A stretch of DNA of 64,000 nucleotides from Octopus bimaculoides (lineage: Eukaryota), in NCBI RefSeq assembly GCF_001194135.2, contig NC_068982.1, positions 46,556,984-46,620,983 of the forward strand, written 5' to 3'. Within the stretch, counting starts at the first letter, position 1, and every line of letters starts with the position of its first letter. Of this stretch, positions 26,541 through 40,247 are shown in pieces. A program made the translations under genes and the position numbers. The notes beneath the pieces are model-generated. The model saw only the letters and a list, made by a program, of their open reading frames with translations. It was not told the DNA's origin and did not search any database.

Positions 26541-27810
26541 AGTATGTAATAGATGGCTTGCAAGAAAACTCACTTAAGTAATTGTTTAAATTGATCTTCA
26601 TTACACTTTAGATCAACTTTTTATTACAAATAATGGGGTGATTTTTATTCTTATTTATTTATTAAGAGATATGTAGTTATGCTTCCATATTATATTCCAG
26701 ATTAAGACAGTGAACTAACAGAATGACTATGGAATTTGGATAAAATTAAAATTCCACTGAGGTCGACTTTGCCTTTCATCCTTTCAGGATTGATAAAATA
26801 AGTACTAGTCGAGCACAAGGGTCAGTATAGCTGACTCCCACCTACTCTCAAAATTGCTGGCTTTGTGTCAGAATTAGAAAGAAATATTAGTGTAGATTCT
26901 TTTAGAGAAAAGTAGGATTCGATTTCTTGCCTTTCCTTTCTTTCTTTTTTTTTTCTTTTTTTTTTCCAGAGAATGTGGATGCTGAGAGACTGAGATTTTT
27001 TTGTTTTTACATAAATTTCATATTTTAAGAAACAGTATGCATAATGTGTTTCTCTTTTGTTATTTTTTCCCCCTTTAGAATTTTATTTTTATTGTTATAA
27101 TCGTTTATTTTTCTTTTCTTTATTTTTTTCTGTATTTAGCGGCCCAATATATTGTTAGTCCCCATCAAACTGACTTGCCGTTAGAAGTTGTACCAACAGT
27201 TAACAATATTTATATATAATCAAAACACTTAAAACAAAAATGTAAACGATCAGCTTTCACTAGGGATTTTATTACTCCCTAGGGTCCAGGTAACAAATAT
27301 TTTATTGGATAGCACTGCACCTTTGTCATTTTTGTTAAGGAAAGCCACGTGACAAAACCCTTCAAATACACTTAGATATTAGGCAAACTGACCTTAATGT
27401 TCATTGAATAACAGTCACTTCTTTAACCAGTCCTGCACTGTATATAGAAGATATTTTACTCACTGTTATGTCATTAATCAGTCATTAGATACTTATGTAT
27501 TATTTATTGTAGAAAGTGTATTTAGGAATCTGAAATTGTCTCAACCAGATGCATTTTACATGCTCATATTCACCATATCTGTACATTGTTCTTTATAGGC
27601 ATCTTGTTGTTGTTGTAGTTGATGTTGTAGTATTTGTTGTTGTTGTTGAGTAACTTTGAATGATTGGAAACCTTTTGTACGGAAGTAACTTATTAAATAA
27701 GTAGTTCTATTGTACCAATATAGAATAAGAAGCTTCTTTCCTAGCTGTGAAATTATGTGATCTTGGGTTCAGTCTCACTGTGAAGCACCTTATGAGTGAG
27801 CTTGGTTGAT

Positions 27811-28059
27811 AGAAACTGAAAGAAGCCTGGCAGAAACGTTAGCACGCTGGGTGAAATGCTTAGCGGTATTTCGTCTGCGTTCTGAGTTCAAATTCCACTG
27901 AGGTCGACTTTACCTTTCAACCTTTTGGGGTCGATAAATCAAGTACCAGTTACGCACTGGGGTCGATGTAATCGACTTAATCCCTTTGTCTGTCCTTGTT
28001 TGTCCCCTTTATGTTTAGCCCCTTGTGGGCAATAAAGAAATAAGAAACTGAAAGAAGCC
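27811..28059 (+). mobile_element. Young family-B SINE with a 17-bp target-site duplication
   Basis: agaaactgaaagaagcc at 27811-27827 and 28043-28059 flanks the insertion, which lies inside a family-A SINE. Confidence 0.85.
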
Positions 28060-28583
28060 CATGATGTATATGTGTGCCTTTATGAAAAGTCTGTCTGGTC
28101 ATGGGGAAACATTGCTTTGCTTGGAAACTGATGAGGGTTGGTGACAGGAAGGGCATTTGGCAGTAGAAAATCTCCCCCAATAAATTCTAGCTGACCCATG
28201 CAAGTATGGAACAGCAAATGTACAATAATAATGATAATGATGACAACAACACACACACACACATACACATTCAATGCTTGTAATTCTTTGTTCAGAGGCT
28301 CTTATCTAGCTTTGTAGTAATGATCAATGGGAACGGTGGGAATATTGGACGGGGTTCTGATTTGACAGTCAAGCCAGTTCAAATTATGCATTGTCATTTC
28401 TCAGTGTTGTATATTAATAGTGCACTAAATGCTGGTATGTCTTTGTACGCATGCTCACTTATGCACATAGCACTGATATTGATGTATTCACTCAACTACT
28501 TGGGCTTGCTTCTCATCTCTTAATATTTTCTTTGTTATTTACAGGATTAAATTAAGTAAATGAATCCCTTTACAACACTATAC

Positions 28584-28617
<34 letters not shown>

Positions 28618-28965
28618 CATCATCATCGTCGTCGTTTAACGTCTGCTTTCCATGCTAGCATGGGTTGGACGATTTGACTGAGGACTGGTGAAACCAGATG
28701 GCTACACCAGGCTCCAATCTGATTTGGCAGAGTTTCTACAGCTAGATGCTCTTCCTAACGCCAACCACTCAGAGTGTAGTGGGTGCTTTTACGTGCCACC
28801 GTCACGAAGGCTATTCAGGCGGTACTGGCAACGGCCACACTCAAAATGGTGTATTTTATGTGCCACCCGCACAAGAGCCAGTCTAGGGGCAGTGGCAACG
28901 ATCTCTCTCAAAAGTCCTTACACATGCTACAGGCACAAGTGCCAGAAAGGCGACGCTGGGTACAG
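28618..28965 (-). mobile_element. Family-C RTE-tailed SINE (long copy)
   Basis: Reverse complement of the family-C consensus with a (cat)n tail at the left. Source of ORFs 28688-29104 and 28783-29001. Confidence 0.8.
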
Positions 28966-31900
28966 GTGCCATCCCGATTTCGCTTTCGCTTGCCCCAATA
29001 AGTCTTCGTTGCCAGTTGATGCGACTGATTTGTTTATAGAAAGGTTCATGTTACCATTATCCAGAGGTGGCATTCATTGTCTGTTACTGTTAGATCCTTC
29101 TTAGCCTCAATTTACATTATTTTAAGAAATGCATTACTACGGTATTTCTCAACGTTTTTTTTTTTTTATCTATGGACCCCTTTGATTCCTTCCTTTTCCA
29201 AAATGATAGGTGTAGTTTGAGTGTGATTTGGTTGCTATTTCTTGCACATGAAGGGACTCACTCTCTCATGCTAGTTTATTTACAAGAATGTGTTAGTTCC
29301 AAAAGAATATCTCTAGTCAGCATTTTTTTCTTCTTTCATCTGTCAAACATGAAGGGAAGGGCTTATGTTTTTCTGTCTTTGATATTTTAAATCCCTTTGT
29401 GAGTCATTTATTTTACCTTGAGTTGTTTAGCTGAAATATTAGCACCAGTTTATTTGGGAAGTACTTATATTCTGCAAAGTAACATTGGTAGAAATGTAAT
29501 CCGATATAGGCAGTTACCATTATCAGTCCTGTTATCTCACATGAAATAAAGACCAAGATGACAAACCAATGCTAGAGATTCTCATTTACACGACAACAAT
29601 CCAAAGGGTTTCCTCTCTATGGCAGTTCAATTACTTTTAAGCAGTAAAATTTACTTGCAGCATGCTTATTATATTCTCAAAATTTAATGTTCAGCCACTG
29701 AGTTGTCAGCCCATTGCACCATATTAGTATTTTTGTTTGTTTTTGTTTTGTTTTTTTTATAGATATTCTTGTTTTTTTTTTTACTTAAATAGTCTTTGTT
29801 ACAATTATTCACTTGTAGTTTTCTTTTGATTTCTTCAGAAATGAAATTCATTGTTTATTTCACCATAATCTAATAAAAGACGGTTTTCTAATTAATTTTT
29901 TTCTTTCTCTGTGAAATGATATTTCTTCCCTTTTTCTTAAGTCATTACTGTTTTCCAAAATTCTTGACTTGTTATTCTTTTTTTTTTAAATATTTTTTCT
30001 GTGTTTATGTAGATGTGTGTTGTTTTTTTTCTTTGTATTTTTATGCAATTTTTTTTCCCATTTTGTTTTGTATCTTTCTTTTGTTGCTTTCATCATAACT
30101 AATTCTGGCAACTGATAGCTGGCACTCTACTTCACATTAGAAATTATGCTAGTTTGAAACAACACACGGAATGTGGAATGGCTGATGAATTAGTCTCAAA
30201 AGAAAGATAAAAACAACACTAATACAGACAAAAGAATATATAAATAAATAAAGTAAATAATAATAATAATAGCAACAACAATAACAATAAAAAAACATGT
30301 CGTTAGATCAGTGACGTGAATTTTAAACAAAATTGCTAAGAAAGGCAACAGACTTCTCTTGAGACAGAATTATCATCTCTGTCTTTCTCATGCAGTTCCA
30401 GTTTCTTTATTTAAGTTAGAATAGGGGTAAGTTTTTGAGTGTATGCTATAATCTATAACATTGTTGTTGTTTGACCCAAAGTTAATCATACTTGATAGAC
30501 CTGTTGTCAGAAACATTCCTGTTTTGATCACATTTTGTCCCTCCTGTTTTTATTTATTTACTTTAAATGATATGGTGTCATTTTGTAGGAAATTTGGCCA
30601 TGATAGAAGCTTTCCTTGTTGGCTCGGAATCTGTAATGTATATGTGAGTGCTGGGATATTTGGTAAAAATAATGGCTAGATTGTGAAGAAAGATAAGAAG
30701 TGATGTTTAGTGAGTCATAAGGAAAAATGTTGGCTGGAATGAAAAGGAGAACAGGTAATTGTATGAGTAATAAAATCTATGGCAGTGCATTTGGTAGATT
30801 TATGGGTTTAGATGTTAGAAATAAATATGATAGTAGAAGCTGTAGTGAAATAGAGTGGTGGTAGGATTTGTAGTAATGACACACAGAAATTGATGGAAGA
30901 AAGCTTGTGAACTAGATATAGTAACAGATTTCCAACTCATAGGTCTTGTGTTCAAATCCTCTACAAGCATTTTATATCATTTTTTTTATTCCATTTGATA
31001 TTTAGGCAGTTTACTTTGAAGTAGACACATGTTCAATTCATCTGGCTTTCTGAGACAGATAACAAATTAACTGGATTTGAATGACTGACAAACCCATCCA
31101 GTGGAATGTCATACTTTATGCCATGAAACCAGAGTGAAACTGTAGCCCCTACAAGCTCCCCTTTGACTTACACAGGATCTTTTATCTTTTACTTGTTTCA
31201 TCCAATATACTGCAACCATGCTGGGGCACCACCTTGAAGAATTTTTAGTCAAATGTATCAATCCCAATGCTTGTTACAGGGACATAAACACGTCAGCACC
31301 AATTGTCAAGCAGTGGTGGAGGACAAAGACTCACACACACACACACACACATACATATGCATGCATGCGTGTGCATGTACATACATGTATATAACAGGCT
31401 TCTTTCAGTTTCCGTCTAACAAATCCACTCACAAAGCTTTGGTCAGCCACAGACTATAGTAGAAGACACTTATCCAATGTGCCACACAGTGAAACTGAAC
31501 ATGGAACCATGTGGTTAGGAAGCAAGCTTCTTACCACACAGCCATGCCTGTTGTTTTCTTTTTGTTATCTTTTAGTTCTTGTCACAGAAGAATATATATG
31601 GTTGAGTGTGTAGTTGCATTTTGGGGGTAATACAGAATAAGGAAGAAATAAGTTCAAAAGAAACATCATTGGTGTTTGTATTCAGTAAATGGCATTTTTC
31701 TTAACCACACATTCTTGTTTTCTTTGGCTGAGCGGCACCCTTCATCTTTGAAGGGCCTCCATGATTGGTGTAGATTAAGTCAGGAGGAAACTAAAGAGCC
31801 AAGAATTGCTGTGATCCCTCTGAGGAACTTCTGCACAGTTTTCAAACTCTTATTTTCACTCACAATGCTTTGGGTTGACTCAAGGCTTTGGTTGAAGACA

Positions 31901-33053
31901 GTTGCCAATGTGTTGCACAGTTGGCTTAAACCTAGAATCATGTAGTTGTGCAACAAACCTCTTCACCACTCAGCCATGCCTACAACTAATTGCCTTCATC
32001 ATCTCCTGTATGCCTTAACCATCAAAGATTTTGGGCTAATACTATATGAGCTGCCACTCTGATGCTGACTCATCTTCAGCACAGTAGACTGGAGCACACA
32101 CTGTGAATGAATTGCCTTGCCTAAGAACACAGTGTGCCACCCATTGCAGGAATCAGGTTCACAATCTTACAGTTGTGAATTCGACAGTCTAACCACTTGA
32201 CCAAGAACTTTCACATGCAATTTGCTTTAGTTTGGTCCAGTGGTTCTCAACCATTTTTTACCTATGGATCCCTTTGATTCCTTTTAGAACTCTACTGGAC
32301 TGCCAAAGCCATTCAATGTTAAATGTTTAACGTCCGCTTTCCATGCTAGCATGGGTTGGACGATTTGACTGAGGACTGGTGAAACCAGATGGCTACACCA
32401 GGCTCCAATCTGATTTGGCAGAGTTTCTACAGCTGGATGCCCTTCCTAACGCCAACCACTCAGAGAGTGTAGTGGGTGCTTTTACGTGTCACCCGCACGA
32501 AGGCCAGTCAGGCGGTACTGGCAACGGCCACGCTCATCTCGCTCAACTATTGCACATAGACTTTAACAACAAAATCTTAAATGAACCTCCAAAGGTGATG
32601 TGGACCCTGCCTGAGAACCTGATTTAGTTCATACATCTGGAATTATCATCATCATCATTTAATGTCTATTTTCCATGCTGGTATGTGTTGGACTGATAGC
32701 ATGGATTATCTTGATTAAATTGTTAGATCCATGAATACAAAGATTAACTAACATGCTTTTCTTTTTAATTTTAGATTAAAAAAATGTTTTTCATTAAACA
32801 TATTTTATAGCCATTTGCAACTAGATCCAGTATCAGAGAAATGAATTGATTACCATATTTCTAATGAAATACTCTTCTGATGGTTTTTAGTTAATTTTGA
32901 AAATAATCAATGATTTAAAGGGGTTTCTCCTTTGGTCTAAGGATATATGAATATGTGTGTTTCATGTTACTACAGCAACCTTTGAGTTGTAGTTACTTCT
33001 CTGCTGTCCTGGAAGCTCTATAAAAGGTTACAGATATTGCTTTTCCACTGGCT

Positions 33054-33089
<36 letters not shown>

Positions 33090-34337
33090 TTTTTTTCTTT
33101 GTTAAAGAAAAAACATTCTGGTGATTTTTATGGACGGTTTTAATTTAAATACGATCGATCACCTTGTAACAAGTATTCTTGTCCAAATATTGTTCATGTA
33201 ACTTGCCACAGCATTACTAAACTTCATCCATCTAGTCTTGTCCTTTTGTTTTTTTTATGCGCCCTTATCAAGCCTATCCAAGCTCATGGGCCCGGTTTCT
33301 ATGGCGTATGTGTTCCCCCCAGCTGGACGGGACGCCAGTCCTTCGCAGCCTTTGGGTTTTGGTGCATCTGAAAAGACCCTACGTGCATTATCTCCCCTTC
33401 TTTGACTAATGTTGGGCAAGTGAGTCTTAAGCACCAGCTTACTATTAATAATAGTGGTGATGGTGATGGTGGTACTTTAACTACAGATCTACCCATATTA
33501 AACAGTCTTAGGACCATGTAACCTACTAGAATTAGCAGTCTAATTTCAATAATCAAATCTGCCTTAATTCTTTAGCATTTAACCCGGTCATATCTGAGCA
33601 AAAAAATTTATTTGTTTTATGTTCAAACTGACCAGATCTGGCCTTTCACACTTACCCTACAATATTATTCTAAAGATAAACATTCACCTCATTGAAATCT
33701 CAAAGCTACAAAATGAGACTTGACTAATTCATATCAATGTGAATAAGTAAGCATTACATTTAACAGAAATCTGAATGCTAAAGGCTCAAAAAAGAAAAGT
33801 ATGCAACTGGTATCACAGTTTTAATTATATTACAATGATATCATTAGCTCAGATGGGTACTTCCAATCTTTTATTTTCAGACAGGGTGTATCCTGTATCA
33901 TATCATCAATTGCTAAATCAAGCAGGTGAGATTATCATGTTAAAATCACCCACTTCCCATTTCATTGTCTGATGGTCAACTCAAGTTTATTAGCTCTCAG
34001 GGCTCTCAGCCAAAATGAGATAAATTGACTATAGAATGGTTACAAGCTAATGAGGGAACCTTTGTGCCAGATTTACTAGAAATAATAGCTGAATTTCAGT
34101 AACATCACACCCTCAAATCATCAGATTAGATAAGAGAAGACACATCTGATATACAAAAAGAAAATATGGTCATGGATGGGAAAGCCTTTGATCATGAATC
34201 TACTCCCATCATGCTTGACCTTAGTCAAGCAATAACTATAGAATGGATAAGAACAAATCAGAGTTACTGTGTAAATTGTGTCCTTTTATGTCCCATTTCT
34301 CAGTGGTTTGACTATAGATACTGATGAAATAAATATT

Positions 34338-34785
34338 GGCTTCAAATTTTGGCACAAGGCCAGCAAGTTCAGGGGAGGGGATAAGTCAGTTGCATCGACC
34401 CCATTGCTCAAGTGATACTTATTTTATCAACCCTCAAAAGAATGAAAGGCAAAGTTGACCACAGCAGGGTTTGCACTCAGAACATACAGACGGACAAAAT
34501 GCCACTAAGTATTTTGCCTAGTGTGCTAACGATTCTGCCAGCTCGCAGTGTTGAGCTTAAATAAGGTTGGTTTCAAATTTTGGCACAAGGCCAGCAATTC
34601 CAGAGAGGGCATAAGCCTATTACATCGACCCCAGTGCTCAGCTGGTACTTATTTTATCAACCCCAGAAGAATGAAAGGCAAGATTAACCACAGTGGAATT
34701 TGAACTCGGAACATAGAGACGGACAAAATGCCACTAAGCATTTTGCCTGACATGCTAACTGTTCTGCCAATTTGCCACCTGATGA
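34338..34785 (-). mobile_element. Two tandem family-B SINE copies
   Basis: Two direct repeats of ttggcttcaaattttggcacaaggccagc...gattctgccagctcgc, the reverse complement of the family-B consensus. Confidence 0.8.
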
Positions 34786-36288
34786 AATAAATGTTAATGT
34801 GATCAGCTAAAACTCCAGCATGGCCACAGCCCAATGACTGAAACCATTAAAAGAAAAAAAGAATTGCTTAAGCTTCTACTTTCCTTAATTTCTTATCTTT
34901 CTTGTTTATAGTTTCCTTTTTCTCTCCTCCTATATTTTTTTGTCCCCTTCCTATTTCATTTACCTTGCTTCCTTCTTCACTAATTCTCTTTTCTCTGCCT
35001 TTTCTTTCTCTTCCTCCTTAGCCGCTGTCCCCTCACTCAATATCGATCTCTTCATTCTCTTGTGCCTCTTGCCACTACCCATCTCAATCATGCTTTTCTT
35101 CATATTATCCTGTGTATACCTTTTAATCCAAATGAATCCCACCCCCGCCACTGGCTCCTGTGCCGGTGGCACGTAAAAACCACCGTCTGAACGTGGTTGA
35201 TGCCAGTGCCACCTGACTGGCTCCTGTGCCGGTGGCACGTAAAAAGTACCCACTACACTCTTGGAGTGGTTGGCATTAGGAAGGGCATCCAGCTGTAGAA
35301 GCCTTACCAGATCAAAGTGGAGTCTGGTGCAACCTACTGGCTTGCCAGTCCCCAGTCAAACCGTCCAACCCATGCCAGCATGGAAAACGGACGTTAAGTG
35401 ACGATGATGATGAAGCAATCCTACCAATGAAGCTGATCAAATAAAGCAATGCATCAGACATTGGGAGATAGATTTAGCTTCAGGAATTGAGGATAATCTA
35501 TTCTTTACATAAAAATCTAATGTAATAATATTACTCACATAAACTCACATTAAACCTAACATTAACCAAGAGACTTCAGTTAATAATAGCCAATTTTACA
35601 TTGGCACACACGACTACTAATTTCTATTGAAGGGGCAAAGTTGATTGATCTAACACTGAATATACATATGTCACAGGTATTATTTTTACTGTTTTCATCA
35701 TCATCATCATCATTATCATCATCGTTTAACATCCATTTTCCATGCTGGTATGGGTTGGATGGTTTGACAGGAGCTGATCAGCCGGAGAGATGTCCAGGCT
35801 CTAATTGGCTGTTTTGACAAAGTTTCTATGACTGGATGCCCTTCCTAACACCAACCACTTTACATCAGTCTCCTTTTTCCCTCCTATTTTTTTTTATCCC
35901 CTTCCCTGTTTCCTTGCTTCCTTCATCACAAATTCTCTTTCCTCTGCCCTTTCTTTCTCTCCCTCCCCCCTCTCTCTCTTTAGCCGCTGTCCCCACACTC
36001 AATATCCATCCCTTCATTCTCTCCCACCTCTTGCCACTCATCCATTGGCACAGGTGCATTTACGCAACACCAGCACAAATGCATTTTTCTTTTTGTATTT
36101 TTAGAATAATATTCTCTGCTTGAGTTCTAAACCAAATTTATTAATTGCTTCTTCCTTGTTACTTTGTACGAGTTGATAAAGTCTACGACTATGGACATTT
36201 AGACCTTTTGGGTTTTGTTGTCGTCAATATCATCATCATTTTACCATTCACTTTTGAGGTAACTTTTGTATGGTGGCTCAGTGTTGGA

Positions 36289-36360
36289 GCAGCGTTTCTC
36301 AACCGGGGTTTCCCAGAACCCTAGGTTTCCGCAAAAGGTTCCTAGGGGTTCCATGAGAAA
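36289..36360. mobile_element. hAT-like MITE terminus (similar ends at about 32239 and 11090-11128)
   Basis: CAG(C/T)G(T/G)TTCTCAACC termini typical of hAT MITEs; partner ends not identified. Confidence 0.4.
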
Positions 36361-39300
36361 GAGTGAGATAAGCTAATGCTAATTTAATGATCGTAATATT
36401 ACTTTACATGCACAACATATTATTGGTTATTGTAATATAGACAATCATTCTATCTAACCTATTATGTTATCAAAAAGATATAACAACCATTGAGTGGTGA
36501 GAAGGGATCTTCAGATGCTGGGATCAGTTACATTTGTTCTTGTACCATCTGTCTATCTTTCCCTCTATATATATCTCGCTATACTAATAATTAGGTATTC
36601 TACCAGTAGTATATTGGATAGATATTATCCCTTAGTTGGTTGGATTCACAACCTCTAACTCTCTTGGAATATATTTATGTGTGTGTGTGTGCGTGCACAA
36701 ATCAGTAAACAAACAAAAGAGACACTCAACACATTTGGTAAGAGTCATATATATATATATATATATATACATTCTTTTGTTTTTTTTTTTACTTGGTTTC
36801 ATATGGCGTAAAGTTTCGTTGGGTACATTGAACTCATCCATCTCATCAGCAATCAGGAGGAGAGTGAGTGATATATATATGTATATATGAAAACACACAC
36901 ACACACACACACACATGTATCCCTTCAAAATTTAGCCTCTACTCCTCTTCATTTTTCAGTGTATCATTACCTGATTTCAGTATCTTTTAGGTTTCTCTCT
37001 CTCTCTCTCTCATCCTAAATACAGTTTGCTCACTAACTGTAAAAAGACCCCCTTTGGTCATGAATGACCATGGGATTACAACATGAAATAAAGGATCTTA
37101 CAACACAACACACATCCCTGTCTTGGAACCAGACTCACTACCTTGTGATTGTGATCCTGATGCTCTAACCACTGAGCCATGCCCCTTCACCCACTGTACC
37201 TCTGTTATTTTGTTGTATTATCTCTTAAAGTTCCCTCCTCTGTTGTAAAGTTTTATCTTTACTTTCCATCTCTCCTCTTTTACTAGCACAGTCTCTCTTC
37301 CTCTCCCACTCTTGTTTTGTTTGTTTTTTATTATTATTATCCCTTCCTATATTTTACTGATTGTCTTAAAAGCTGCTGACTGTGAGACAGTACCCACTAA
37401 TCTCCCACCTGTCTATCTATCTACACTACCACTCTTTATGATATTTTCTTTCTCTGTTTTTTTTTTTATCTCATTCACCATAGCTGTTGCTTTCTTCCAG
37501 TGTGACAGAGAAAGAAAAGAACTAAGTTCCACTCACCCTCAAAAAGAAAAAAAAAAAAAATCCACATTCGAATTAGCATTTTGTGTGTATGCGTGTGTTC
37601 CTCAAGGAATTCACCTGTTGTTGATTGCATGAGTTTCCATGGCCTGAAGTTTACATCATTCGAGGGAACTGCGCTAATGTTTCATAGATAAGATTAGTAA
37701 TATCCATCTAATGAGATTGTATTGCGTTCAACACTGCAACTCAGTGGAACACACTTTTCTTACACTTTGGTAGACCATTGTACTCTGTGAGAGTTACGTG
37801 CTTTGGTAGTTGTTGTCATTTATCCTCAAGTTATCCCTTAATAAACAGATGATTAATTTGATAGCTCTGTGATTGCTTTTTAGTGGAGTGTTTCTTTTGC
37901 CCCTGTAGTAGTTGTCGTAGTAGTTGTAGTTGTAGTAATCATTTTAACCGCAATATTAAATTCTGTGGTTATTTCAGTAATGATGTTGCAGGTATGGCTG
38001 TGTGGTAAAAATCTTGCTTCCCAACCACATAGTTCCTGATTCAGTCCCACTGCATGGCACCTTGGACAGGTGTCTTCAACTATAGCTTTAGGCCAACCAA
38101 AGACTTGCAAGTAGATGGAAACTGAAAGAAGCCTGTTATATTTATATGTGTGTGTGTGTGTGTGTGTGTGTCTTTATCCTTCATCACCACTTGACAACTG
38201 CTGTTAGTGTGTTTAAGTCCCTGTAACCTTGCAGTTCAGCAAAAGAGTCTGATAGAATAAGTACTAGGCTTAAAAAAAATAAATCTAGGGTCAATTTGTT
38301 TGGCTAAAACCCTTCAAGACAGTTTTCCAGCATGGCCACAGTCAAATGGCTGAAACATGTAAAAGATAAGATGACCTACCAAAAGATAGAATTGGTTATT
38401 TTCTGCAAGTCATGTTGCTTCACCAAACTCAACATATTTCTACAGAAAATAGTTTCAAACATGACATTTCTCAACAAAAGATAGATTGCTATGTAAATAA
38501 AACTGCTTTCCTACAGTTAAAGGTAATAAAATTTTTAGTCGATATATCTGCTTTCTGCAGTAAAAGGGTTGATGATGCAACTTTACAAGAAAGACTCATT
38601 CCTGCACCACCTCATTGACTATTCAAGTGACTAGTATGTATCTTACATCACCAGATGTTTACTCCATGTCAGCAACTACCTATGATTATCCAGTTACAAT
38701 CTGTCCCTTCATATCCTTAACCTTTTAGCATTCAGATTACTCTGTCAAATGTAATTCACATTATTTTGAATTAATCCAGCGTTATATTGTAGCTCTGAGA
38801 TTTTTGTGATGTGATTGTATATTTTTAAAATGACATTGTAGGGTAACTGTAAGAGGCTGGATCTGGTCAGTTTAAACATAAAATTGATAGAATATTTGGA
38901 CTGGATATGGCCAGTTTAATTGCTAAAAGATTTACAGCTATTTTGACTTTATGGCTGTCAACTTCAATAGTGAATCCCTCTGAATCCAGTCAAACTAGAT
39001 CCTGATTCTCATTCATTATTCTCATGCAGTTTACCTTTCATTGTAACATTTTCATGTCTCTTCCCAATATCAGTGAAGATGTATGTGCCACTATCTTTAT
39101 GCACTCACCTCTTACCGACAACATCCTGTTTCATACAAGCATGCGATCTCCTACATCTTATATTTCCAATCCTCTTAATGCAGAACATTGACAAACCTCT
39201 TTCAGCTTCTCTCTGAGCTTCATATAACTGACATCTATCTACCATCTCATCCAGCTACCTAGTATTGTTTCTTGCTTGCACCTTTCGTTCATTCTCTCAA

Positions 39301-40247
39301 GGCCTGTCTTTTAGCTTTAATGATTATCTACTATACCACTCCACCACTGTGTCACCTTCCACTCAGTTCTATCCCCAGATCTGATTTGTGGACCACATAA
39401 AGTTATCTCCGTTGAAACTCCCAGTCGCCTTGTGTTGTAGATTTCCATATTCTTCTTGACATACATGTCACCTGGTACTCCTTTGCTTGGCTGAGTGATC
39501 TTTCAGCTTTCATAACATTCTTCATCTTGATTGTTTCATGTTTCTTGTGTTCCCCTTTAACTCTGATGTCACCAGTTGATGCTACATAAACTTACTTTAA
39601 TAGAGACTTGAATATTCCCAACCATCTGGCTCTTATTTTAGAGTGAATCTGAAGTCTGTCTGGCTAATATGTTCACTTGATTGGTAGGTGCTCAGAAAAT
39701 TGCAGAGCTATCAGATGTTAGTACTGTAAATGGTTAATGTCATTTGCATTGCAGAAACCCCAAAAAGCCTTGATCTTTCTTCATTCCATGTACCAAAGCA
39801 AAAACTTGCCCAGAATGTTGGAATAATGCAGTCAAAAGTGGAAGCATGCCACTGTAAAGCAAACTTCTTAAACTATGAATTGATTTCATACAAGATATTT
39901 ATTAAGCTTGACTTGAAAATAGTTTTAGCGTTATAACTTGTAAAGTGAACAAGCAGGTCTAATAATTAAGCAATCACTATTTCAGTCTAACAAATATCAT
40001 CAACTCCAGTGCCATCATTGGTTGTAAGGTTTAATTATTGATTTATTCATATATTCTATGACATGCTACTTATCTGTGTCCATGTATGTGTATATGCATG
40101 TGATTTTTAAAAATTATCTTGTATATGTTACAGGTAAGCCATTGTATACATTTGTTTTTAATGTTTGATTATGTCTTTTTACTGTGTATCTATGAGAATG
40201 AGTATTTTTAATATTCTTTGTTTTCTTTTCTTTTTTTCTTTTTCTAG

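Noticed and set aside
28688-29104. Repeated ORF MKPDGYTRLQSDLAEFLQLDALPNANHS (also 32379-32627 and 14031-14264)
   Set aside because: Translation of family-C SINE copies, not a gene family.
30600-30880. Possible Penelope-like relic on the minus strand (a similar stretch at 38960-39420 on +)
   Set aside because: Only vague compositional resemblance; no clear RT motif recovered.
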